42,145 bases of DNA, from positions 1-42,145 of the forward strand of contig CALXMI010000037.1 of NCBI GenBank assembly GCA_944389435.1. Direction: 5' to 3'. Origin of the DNA: an uncultured Opitutales bacterium. Its GTDB lineage: Bacteria > Verrucomicrobiota > Verrucomicrobiia > Opitutales > UBA9783. Positions within the stretch are counted from its first letter, which is position 1. The number at the start of each line of letters is the position of its first letter. Shown in pieces: positions 18,946-26,448 of this stretch. The position numbers were made by a program, and so were the translations under genes. Below the pieces are notes generated by a model, which did not search any database, was not told the origin of the DNA, and was given only the letters and a program-made list of their open reading frames with translations.

Positions 18946-19786
18946 TTTCTGTCATTCCTTGGTAAAATAAAAAATTAGTAATCGCTATAAAATTATTCGT
19001 ATTACGGTAAGCAACTTCATAAACTTTTGTGTTTTTTAGAAGATTGTTTATATCTTGAAATAGCGTACACATATCTTTAGAATGTCTTACATTATTGATA
19101 ATTGTTTTAAAAGCTTCACTTTTATCTAGTTTGCGTACGAAATCATTTTCGTTGTTGTACTTAGGCAATATTACTACGTCTATATTGTGCACACTAGGAC
19201 TTGTCTTTGGGGGATAATAAATTGTTCGCATTGTTTCTCCATCAAAAGTCTCACCCACCATATTGCTTTCCATCAATTGATCAACATTTTCTCTCACGGA
19301 AATAGGCATATTAAATCCGATATACTTACTTTTAGAAATATAAACGCAATCGTCGTCTATGTATTCTGCGTGCAAAACCAACGACAAATAGCTTGTTAAT
19401 GTTGTTTTACCGGATTTTCTTTCTCCTATCAATAAAATATTTTTATTGTTTAATCTCACACAAGAACCATGAATAATTGTACAATTCAAAATATTTGCAT
19501 ACCAATCTTCTAAAGCCCCAATTAATTGAAAAGCAAAGTGCTTGTCAATTGCATTGCAAAAAATACGATAGGGTGCTTTGTCGATGCATTTTTTGAAGGT
19601 GTTTCCAGAAACTATTTCTAACGCAATATCATTATCCGTGCTTTCATTTTTTGTATCTAAAAAAGTTTTTTTATAAGTGGAAAGCAAAGTTTCAAACAAA
19701 CCAACATTTTTCAAATAAAGGTTTTTGTCTATATGTAGTTTTAATGTAGTGTCATTAATGGTCCGCTTAAAATAAAGCACGATCAT
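18929..19786 (-). CDS. HPr kinase-like P-loop kinase
   Basis: IHGSCV, GERKSGKTT, YIDDD. Confidence 0.75.
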   Translation of the reverse strand: MIVLYFKRTINDTTLKLHIDKNLYLKNVGLFETLLSTYKKTFLDTKNESTDNDIALEIVSGNTFKKCIDKAPYRIFCNAIDKHFAFQLIGALEDWYANILNCTIIHGSCVRLNNKNILLIGERKSGKTTLTSYLSLVLHAEYIDDDCVYISKSKYIGFNMPISVRENVDQLMESNMVGETFDGETMRTIYYPPKTSPSVHNIDVVILPKYNNENDFVRKLDKSEAFKTIINNVRHSKDMCTLFQDINNLLKNTKVYEVAYRNTNNFIAITNFLFYQGMTESENNN

Positions 19787-19798
19787 TCTCCTTATCTT

Positions 19799-20098
19799 TT
19801 AAACGTATTCTTTGATTAGTTCTTCGCAACAGAACTCTTTCAAAATTTTATTTACATCATCAAGCAAGCTTATATTTGTTTTTTGCGGTGCATATGTGGA
19901 TATAATTTTTTCACAAATATATTGGCTGCTGATATCTAAATTTTGTTCATTTGCCTCATTAAGAATATTCCAAATAAAAGAAGCGGATTGATTTAAAGAA
20001 ATTATACGCTTGCGTTGCTTGTCGTATGCAACAATCTCGTTCTCTATATTTTCTATTTCAAGTTTCGTTAATATCATTTCTTTGCCGTTAATTTTCAT
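19799..20098 (-). CDS. PqqD family RiPP recognition element (RRE)
   Basis: IVAYD...IISLNQSASFIWNIL...DDVNKILKEF...LI; about 100 aa, next to a radical SAM gene. Confidence 0.85.
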   Translation of the reverse strand: MKINGKEMILTKLEIENIENEIVAYDKQRKRIISLNQSASFIWNILNEANEQNLDISSQYICEKIISTYAPQKTNISLLDDVNKILKEFCCEELIKEYV

Positions 20099-20108
20099 AA
20101 TTATACTC

Positions 20109-21461
20109 CTAATTGCTTGTTAATTTATAAACAGAATTTTTTCCAAAAAGAACGTTGTCGACTAATTCAGCTTTCCAACCAAAGCATGTATTTCCACAAA
20201 GAATCTCGGTAAATACATACGACCAGTACTTTCGAATTAATTGACACTCATAATCCCTGTATTTTGTATCAAAGGCATTGTCTCTCACAACCTTTAGCGG
20301 ACAGCCGCCTTTGCAAAAACGATACGCTATACATCCTCTGCACTCATCAAAAGAATTCTTCACCACATCTAAATGTTGATCGGTATAGCTGTTATAAAAA
20401 TCCACCATATTGTCTTTTATTTCGGCAACGATGGTTTTGAACTGCTCGGCCTCAATACAGTTGATAATTTTTCTATCTGGCATCAGCCAAAAACATTCTG
20501 CAAATGTAGCTCCGCAACAGTATTCTGCAATAGTATTATTAAATATCGGTGTAGAAATATATAACTTGTAATTCTTTTCCTTTGCGTAGTTATGTAAGTT
20601 CACATAATGGTGAAAGAAATCGTATTTTTCTATGTTGTATTGATCTTTGTTGCCGTTTTTTAATGCACGCCCAGACGGAATTATTGGCATAATGCTCCAC
20701 TCGTTTATACCAGAACTGTTGTTTGCAATGTTATCACAAATTTGCTTGAGGTTTTCAAAGTTTTCATACCAAACAGTTGATCTTACCGTTAGTGAGCGTC
20801 CGCTTTGGCTAAAGTCTTGAAGAGTTTTTTCGACGACTGGAGATGAATTTGTTGTGTCAGAACATTTTCTGTTTCTGTTTTGCAAAAAAGATGTTCCATC
20901 ATACGACAACATAATTTTGTCAAAATGTTTAATTATAAATTTTCTCTGAGAGTTATTAAGCATTCCATTTGTCGTTAATTCAAAATAATAAGGCACAGAG
21001 CAGTTATCACAAAGATTTTTTATGGCACGTATTGACTCTTTAAACAACTCCCAATTAAATGTAGGCTCACCACCTCCCGTGAAAAAGAATCGCAAAGGTT
21101 CAGAATCATCGTTCTTATCAATAAATTGATATATTTTCCTCTTTTTAATTGCTTCTTTAACAAAAACGAGAATATCTTTCACTGACAGTAAGTCCTGATT
21201 TCCGCTGGTTGAAGAATAACTACAGTAATTACACCTTAATTGACAATTGTATGTCAAACATATACCAATCAAATTTATTGGCTTGTTTTTGGCAGACATT
21301 TTTGTTTTATCTAATTTATCTAAACAACTTTTTAATTCTTCATAATTATCAGTTTTTCTACAAATAGTATTTATTTCGGTTATTACGCTTTGTGCTGCGT
21401 CTTTGGGATAAAATATCAGTCTTTCCGAGTCGAAAATATAATTGCCTATATAGTGGTACAT
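20109..21461 (-). CDS. Radical SAM/SPASM peptide maturase 1
   Basis: CQLRCNYC, GGGEP, TTNG, SYDG; SPASM cysteines CCGA...NC...CRGCIAYRFCKGGCP...EC; ATG 21461 after ggagg. Confidence 0.9.
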   Translation of the reverse strand: MYHYIGNYIFDSERLIFYPKDAAQSVITEINTICRKTDNYEELKSCLDKLDKTKMSAKNKPINLIGICLTYNCQLRCNYCSYSSTSGNQDLLSVKDILVFVKEAIKKRKIYQFIDKNDDSEPLRFFFTGGGEPTFNWELFKESIRAIKNLCDNCSVPYYFELTTNGMLNNSQRKFIIKHFDKIMLSYDGTSFLQNRNRKCSDTTNSSPVVEKTLQDFSQSGRSLTVRSTVWYENFENLKQICDNIANNSSGINEWSIMPIIPSGRALKNGNKDQYNIEKYDFFHHYVNLHNYAKEKNYKLYISTPIFNNTIAEYCCGATFAECFWLMPDRKIINCIEAEQFKTIVAEIKDNMVDFYNSYTDQHLDVVKNSFDECRGCIAYRFCKGGCPLKVVRDNAFDTKYRDYECQLIRKYWSYVFTEILCGNTCFGWKAELVDNVLFGKNSVYKLTSN

Positions 21462-21480
21462 AAACGCATCTTCCTCCAAA

Positions 21481-21512
21481 TAGATGGTGTAAATAGTTCT
21501 AGACACCATTTA
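21481..21512 (-). promoter_or_regulatory. Hairpin between precursor P1 and the radical SAM RBS
   Basis: TAAATGGTGT/ACACCATCTA stem (one mismatch) with a 12-nt loop. Confidence 0.6.
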
Positions 21513-21535
21513 TATATATATTTCTTATGATAGCA

Positions 21536-21640
21536 CTATGAGTTCGTCTTGCCGGTAGGACAACACGATGCAGCGCGAGCCTCAATAGCACGAAGTTCTT
21601 CTTCGTCATACACTACGATAGCAGGTGTTTCGTATACCAT
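21536..21640 (-). CDS. Putative RiPP precursor peptide P1, 34 aa (not in ORF track)
   Basis: MVYETPAIVVYDEEELRAIEARAASCCPTGKTNS; RBS agaggaggg; YxxP leader motif; first gene of the rSAM/RRE operon. Confidence 0.88.
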   Translation of the reverse strand: MVYETPAIVVYDEEELRAIEARAASCCPTGKTNS

Positions 21641-21786
21641 AATTTCCCTCCTCTCTCATTCATTCTAATATGTTTTTGGTTCGCTAGAACTATTTACTGA
21701 GTTTAAACGATAAATAATACCGAGTTACAATCCATTAGCAAAATCCGTGCATTTTTAAAAACAATTGTAAGTTTGTTCCGTATCAG

Positions 21787-21815
21787 ATTATAATATAACA
21801 GTTTATATTTGTCAA
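21787..21815 (-). promoter_or_regulatory. Consensus sigma-A promoter for cluster 1
   Basis: TTGACA (21815-21810), 17-bp spacer, TATAAT (21792-21787). Confidence 0.85.
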
Positions 21816-21960
21816 TATTTCGTTTAGTGATTTTAAAAAATAAAATAAAAAAACGTCAAATTGTAGCCATTTTGTAGATAATCTCTTGATTTTTGATAGA
21901 ATAAATGTTATTATATTCAAAAAGCATCGTTTGGTTGTTTTAGGTTTTGCTTCTTAACAT

Positions 21961-21997
21961 AGAAAAGGAACCGTCGACCTTACGGCCGACGGTTCCT
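21961..21997 (-). terminator. Intrinsic terminator after P2
   Basis: 11-bp stem aggaaccgtcg/cgacggttcct followed by a short T run on the minus strand. Confidence 0.75.
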
Positions 21998-22009
21998 CAG
22001 AAAATTTTA

Positions 22010-22120
22010 TTATCTGAAATCTCCGGCGAAACATTGTCCGGATCTTGCAGCTGCTTGAATATGTTTTGCCAACTCTTTGGCACTCAATTCTACAACCACA
22101 GGCTTAACCCATTTTTTCAA
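22010..22120 (-). CDS. Putative RiPP precursor peptide P2, 36 aa (not in ORF track)
   Basis: MKKWVKPVVVELSAKELAKHIQAAARSGQCFAGDFR; TTG start overlaps the regulator TGA; RBS aagggggg; double TAA then terminator; leader resembles P1. Confidence 0.82.
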   Translation of the reverse strand: MKKWVKPVVVELSAKELAKHIQAAARSGQCFAGDFR

Positions 22121-23181
22121 CTAAATCCCCCCTTATCTTTATAATATTTTTCTAACATACCGCATAGGGTCTGAAAGTACTGTTTATTAATGCTGTAAAG
22201 AATGGTTCTCCCGCGATTTCGCGTCTTAAGCATACCAGCTTTTATCATTAAAGATAGATGGTAATAAGCATTTGTTCCAGTAAATCCGAATTCTTGCTCC
22301 AAATCTTTTATTGTTATTTCTTCTTTTTCATATATCAAGTTCAAAACCGAAACTCTGTTTGATTCAGAAATTGCGTTTCCGAAATTTTCAAGCTCTGGCA
22401 ATCTAAACTGAACAGTCAAATAATTGATATGTTCAATATAATCAATACCTAATAATATTACAACTTCATTTGAATAATAGTGTGTTTTAACACAATTCTT
22501 ATGATATAAGCAGAACGTGATGTAAATATCGTCAAAACAAGAAAAATCGCCTTTTTGATTTTTCGTTTGCATAAGTTGGTTTAAAACAATATCAAAATCA
22601 AAATTATCTTTAAGTTCACTCAATAATTTATGTTTTGCATCATACTTTTGAGATAACGCAAAACTTTTCTCCATCAACTCATATGACAGTTTGTGGATAA
22701 CCGTTTCAGGCTCTATAAAGAACGAATATAACGCACTTTTAATTTCACCGCTATATGTGGAATTTTTGATGAACTTATTAACATAGGTTATCGAGTCCTT
22801 ACATTTTATGACATCTTCTTCGCGAATATCCTTAAAGTAGAATCTAATAATATTCTCTTTTACCTTTTCGTGATTGGATAATTCTTCTTGCACCATAGAG
22901 AGATTATAATTTTCAAAAACAAAATGTGCTTTATATGGCTCGTAATAATATTTAGTTATTACATTCTTTTTGTCTTCTGTGAAATAGAAAAACAAAAGAA
23001 GCTCATCTGAAATCGGTGAAAATTCATTTAGTATTTTACTGTAATAGTCAGTATCTTCACTTGATTTACTATAGTTTATGAAATTTGTCAGACAATAATC
23101 CTTGTTAAAATTAAAAGCAAATAAGAAAAAAAGGTCGTATATAAAGCCGGGTTCATCAAGAAATTTAATATTTCTCATCAC
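22117..23181 (-). CDS. Transcriptional regulator: large N-terminal domain plus C-terminal ArsR-like wHTH
   Basis: NRVSVLNLI...ITIKDLEQEFGFTGTNAYYHLSLMIKAGML...GRTILYSIN. Confidence 0.85.
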   Translation of the reverse strand: MMRNIKFLDEPGFIYDLFFLFAFNFNKDYCLTNFINYSKSSEDTDYYSKILNEFSPISDELLLFFYFTEDKKNVITKYYYEPYKAHFVFENYNLSMVQEELSNHEKVKENIIRFYFKDIREEDVIKCKDSITYVNKFIKNSTYSGEIKSALYSFFIEPETVIHKLSYELMEKSFALSQKYDAKHKLLSELKDNFDFDIVLNQLMQTKNQKGDFSCFDDIYITFCLYHKNCVKTHYYSNEVVILLGIDYIEHINYLTVQFRLPELENFGNAISESNRVSVLNLIYEKEEITIKDLEQEFGFTGTNAYYHLSLMIKAGMLKTRNRGRTILYSINKQYFQTLCGMLEKYYKDKGGFS

Positions 23182-23203
23182 CGTATCCTCCTTAACTTCG
23201 TTA

Positions 23204-23232
23204 ATTGTAGCACACTTTTTTTATAAAATCAA
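23204..23232 (-). promoter_or_regulatory. Probable promoter of the regulator-P2 operon
   Basis: TTGATT, 17-bp spacer, extended -10 TGcTACAAT. Confidence 0.55.
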
Positions 23233-23300
23233 TTTATTTTTAGTGAACAACTAAAAATATAATAAAACCAATGTTTAAGAAACATACGAAAGGCATAAAT

Positions 23301-23609
23301 ATGATAGGGAAAAAGTTAAAGAGAAGCAGAATATCCGCAGGTTTAACCCAACAGCAGTTGGCAGAAAAAATTGGAATTAGCAGAAGTGCGGTTTCCAAAT
23401 ACGAATGTAACAAGTTGCGACCAAGCCTTAAAGTAAAGGCCAAACTTTGTTTGCGTTTGGATGATTGTGCCGATTTCTTATTAGCCTCCAACTCTCGAAA
23501 GCACGACAAAGTTTCCGTGTCCTCTCAGCCCCTTTCACCCGAAGAAATCAATAATATAGCAGAATTAATTAAAGAATGGACTTCGGAAGAATACCGTCTA
23601 TTTCCCTAA
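23301..23609 (+). CDS. XRE-family HTH regulator
   Basis: LKRSRISAGLTQQQLAEKIGISRSAVSKYE...P. Confidence 0.85.
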   Translation: MIGKKLKRSRISAGLTQQQLAEKIGISRSAVSKYECNKLRPSLKVKAKLCLRLDDCADFLLASNSRKHDKVSVSSQPLSPEEINNIAELIKEWTSEEYRLFP

Positions 23610-23640
23610 CAGAAAAAACAAGAAATATGCATTTTTAGAA

Positions 23641-23859
23641 TTGCAGCAATCATTAAAGAAATCTCTACCCAAAACAGTAACCGAAGCAATAGTTTTTCCT
23701 AACAATAATGCATATTGGATATGCCCAAATTGCAAATGCTCTTTTGAAAGAGAGTACCAATCGTATTGTGACAGATGTGGACAACGATTAAAGTGGATCG
23801 CTTTAAGAAAAGTTAAATATATACTAATAAAACCACCAAATAATAAAAAATATTTTTAG
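23641..23859 (+). CDS. Zinc-ribbon protein (possibly the C-terminal part of the XRE gene via a +1 shift)
   Basis: CPNC...CDRCGQRLKW; no clear RBS; frame open back across the XRE stop. Confidence 0.65.
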   Translation: MQQSLKKSLPKTVTEAIVFPNNNAYWICPNCKCSFEREYQSYCDRCGQRLKWIALRKVKYILIKPPNNKKYF

Positions 23860-23898
23860 TCATTGGCAAATTATAAATCGCAAATCAGGGAGAATATT

Positions 23899-24708
23899 AT
23901 GTTAACGATAGCCATACACGCACCATTCCAAACAAGCTTTACCATAAAAACCAACTGCAAAGAGTTAGCAAATGCAATTGTGTTAAGGCACGGTAAATAT
24001 GCAACTAAAAGTACAACTCAATCAGATATTACAATTATCGCTGAAAAAGAACAATCAGGTTATAGCATATACTTTAACGGCAATTCTGTAAAAACAAATG
24101 CTCCCTTAAAAAAAATAGAAGACATTATGTATGACAACCGTAAATATGAAGAAACAATATTTGCCGTTCACGGCGGTGCTGTAGAATACAATAATGGCGC
24201 ATATCTTGTTGTTGCCTCCACTACAAGCGGAAAAACCACCCTTACATCATATCTAGTTTCAAACGGTTTTGGATATATTACTGATGATTGCATACTTCTT
24301 GACCGTGAAAGCTTTAAAATATATCCGTTTACAACTCCCCTGCATTTGCGCAAAGGCGGTTATAACGCTCTGAAAGCTTTAGGTTGTGCCCCTGAAAGCT
24401 ATGATTTTTTAGACTCGGTTTCCATTAAAAGATATGTTTATACGCCTAATAATTCTGTTTCAAAACCGCTGCCGCTTAAAAAAATATTTTTTATCACAAG
24501 AACGGAAGATACGAATATGATAGAAGAAATGAATACCACAGAAAAAATAACCGCTCTTCTCAAATCGCCTATTACTGAATATGAAATTGGCGGCAGTTAT
24601 CTTTCGTTTATTTCCAAACTGTCCGCTATTCCCTGCAAAAGGCTTTATTACAGCAATATGGATTTTGTCGCCGAGGTAATTAAATATGAACAACAATCTT
24701 ATAATTAA
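23899..24708 (+). CDS. HPr kinase-like P-loop kinase 2
   Basis: VHGGAV, ASTTSGKTT, YITDD. Confidence 0.75.
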   Translation: MLTIAIHAPFQTSFTIKTNCKELANAIVLRHGKYATKSTTQSDITIIAEKEQSGYSIYFNGNSVKTNAPLKKIEDIMYDNRKYEETIFAVHGGAVEYNNGAYLVVASTTSGKTTLTSYLVSNGFGYITDDCILLDRESFKIYPFTTPLHLRKGGYNALKALGCAPESYDFLDSVSIKRYVYTPNNSVSKPLPLKKIFFITRTEDTNMIEEMNTTEKITALLKSPITEYEIGGSYLSFISKLSAIPCKRLYYSNMDFVAEVIKYEQQSYN

Positions 24709-25405
24709 AATTCTGCCTGCTGTTTTAAAAACCAAAGGACAGGCAGAACTCACTGTAACAGGGACGAGCATGGAACCGACTCTAATTGAAGGTGATTTGA
24801 TAACAATCATAAAGTGTGATAATTACACAATCGGCGATATTCTTGTTTTTGACTATAAAAACGAGGGGCTTCTGGTTCACAGATTACTAAAAACATCCAA
24901 CCGATACTTCTGTAAAGGCGATAATTCTTTTAGGCTTGAAGATATGCCTGCAGAAAACATTATTGGAAAAGTCACAGCTGTAAACGGAGTTCCAATTGCC
25001 GTTTGGCAAAAATGGAAAATGGATTTGTCTTATGCTGTCAATCGATCATTTGTTAAATCAAAATATGATATTACAAATACAATGCAGACAGATATATATA
25101 AACTGTATTCAGCCTTAATTTTAGGAAAAGAGGAAAACAAAATGAATTACAAGAAAACAGATAAAATGGACTTTATTCTTTCAGATGAAACTTCACTTGC
25201 CGTATTTGATCCGGAAAGCAACAATACATACTTTTTTGACGAAACCGGGATAGACATTCTAAATTGTCTTGACATCCCTTGTGATATTGAAATGCTTTTA
25301 GATATGCTTTGCAATATTTATTCAGCATCCCCTGAAGATATCAGGGCAGATGTTGAAGAATTCTTAGCAGATACAGTAACCAAAGGAATTGTTGAAATAG
25401 TATGA
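24686..25405 (+). CDS. S24/S26 signal peptidase-like domain fused to a C-terminal PqqD/RRE
   Basis: GTSMEPTL..GD, VHRL, KGDN; C-terminal 87 aa PqqD-like (FDPESNNTYFFDETGIDIL...DVEEFL...GIV). Confidence 0.85.
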   Translation: MNNNLIIKILPAVLKTKGQAELTVTGTSMEPTLIEGDLITIIKCDNYTIGDILVFDYKNEGLLVHRLLKTSNRYFCKGDNSFRLEDMPAENIIGKVTAVNGVPIAVWQKWKMDLSYAVNRSFVKSKYDITNTMQTDIYKLYSALILGKEENKMNYKKTDKMDFILSDETSLAVFDPESNNTYFFDETGIDILNCLDIPCDIEMLLDMLCNIYSASPEDIRADVEEFLADTVTKGIVEIV

Positions 25406-26448
25406 ACATTAAAACCGTTTATGTTGAAATAACTAATTTCTGCAACTTAAATTGTATCACTTGCTATAACCGATCGGGCTTAAACTGTCAAAGAACAGAA
25501 TTGTCATTTGAACAAATCGAGAATATTATCAAACTTTTTACGCCTTTAGGATTGAAAAGATTTTTATTATCAGGTGGAGAACCTACACTGCATTCCGAAT
25601 TTGACAAAATTCTTGATTTAATCGATAAATATCCAAAAATTAATTTTGGTATTGTTACTAACGGAACAAATCATAATAAAAAGCTATTAGAATGCCTTAA
25701 CTCAAGAGACAATTTAAAACTTCAGATAAGTCTTGACGGTTCCTGTGAAGAAATAAATTCCAAAACCCGCGGTATAGGCAATTTCAAAAAGACCTTAAGC
25801 TTTGCCAAACAAATACGCACCGCTCATAATATTCCTCTGCTTAAAATGGTCATATCACAAGGCAATTATGACGATGTAGAAAATTTCTGCAATTTAGCGA
25901 TTTCATTAGGCTTTACACCTGAACTTGCATTTATATACAAATCCGGAAACGGGTGTGACGAATGGGGCACTAAAGAGCTTACATCCATACAAAAATTAAA
26001 AATATTGAAACTTGTCGAGCGCATTAATAAAGAAAGAAATGCAGGTATATTTCTTCCAATCTGCACCACAAAATGTCCGTTAGCAGAAGGAATCAATGAA
26101 CTTTCTTTCTGTATTAAAGTAGACGGTTCAATTCAACCATGTCAATCCCTTTACAGTGAAAAATATACTGTCGGAAATGTTCTTTTCTTCGATAAAAAGC
26201 TATTTTTACAGAATATAAATAATATTTCCGATTTAGCAAGGCAGCGTTGTGAACAAGACTATGGCTGTGAAAAATGTATGCTGAATGACATTTGCGGCAG
26301 AGGATGCATGGCAGAAGCTGTAAATCTTCACGATAATCCATTTGCAAGTGACGGCAACTGCGAATATAGAAAACAACAATTTATTAACTTTAATCTAAAA
26401 GGAGGTATATCTGTACTTGAAAAAGAAGACAAAACATTCCACGCTTAG
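25402..26448 (+). CDS. Radical SAM/SPASM peptide maturase 2
   Basis: CNLNCITC, SGGEP, TNG, SLDG; SPASM CP...DGSIQPC...CEKCMLNDICGRGC...C. Confidence 0.9.
   Translation: MNIKTVYVEITNFCNLNCITCYNRSGLNCQRTELSFEQIENIIKLFTPLGLKRFLLSGGEPTLHSEFDKILDLIDKYPKINFGIVTNGTNHNKKLLECLNSRDNLKLQISLDGSCEEINSKTRGIGNFKKTLSFAKQIRTAHNIPLLKMVISQGNYDDVENFCNLAISLGFTPELAFIYKSGNGCDEWGTKELTSIQKLKILKLVERINKERNAGIFLPICTTKCPLAEGINELSFCIKVDGSIQPCQSLYSEKYTVGNVLFFDKKLFLQNINNISDLARQRCEQDYGCEKCMLNDICGRGCMAEAVNLHDNPFASDGNCEYRKQQFINFNLKGGISVLEKEDKTFHA

Noticed and set aside
21700-21755. Tiny upstream ORFs (MHGFC, MDCNSVLFIV) in the P1 5' UTR
   Set aside because: No Shine-Dalgarno sequence and no similarity to the precursors.
21886-21914. 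Possible + strand promoter (TTGATT-17-TATTAT) for an antisense RNA toward P2
   Set aside because: The region is very AT-rich so such matches are expected by chance, and there is no supporting transcript feature.
16431-22120. Lasso peptide interpretation (YxxP leader, RRE, kinase, PP-loop enzyme)
   Set aside because: No asparagine-synthetase-like cyclase or transglutaminase-like B2; the PP-loop protein has Dph6-family motifs; P1's tail lacks Asp/Glu and P2 has only two residues after its Asp.
21947-22144. ORF-track 65-aa + strand ORF
   Set aside because: No RBS; it is antisense to P2 and its terminator, which have much better support.
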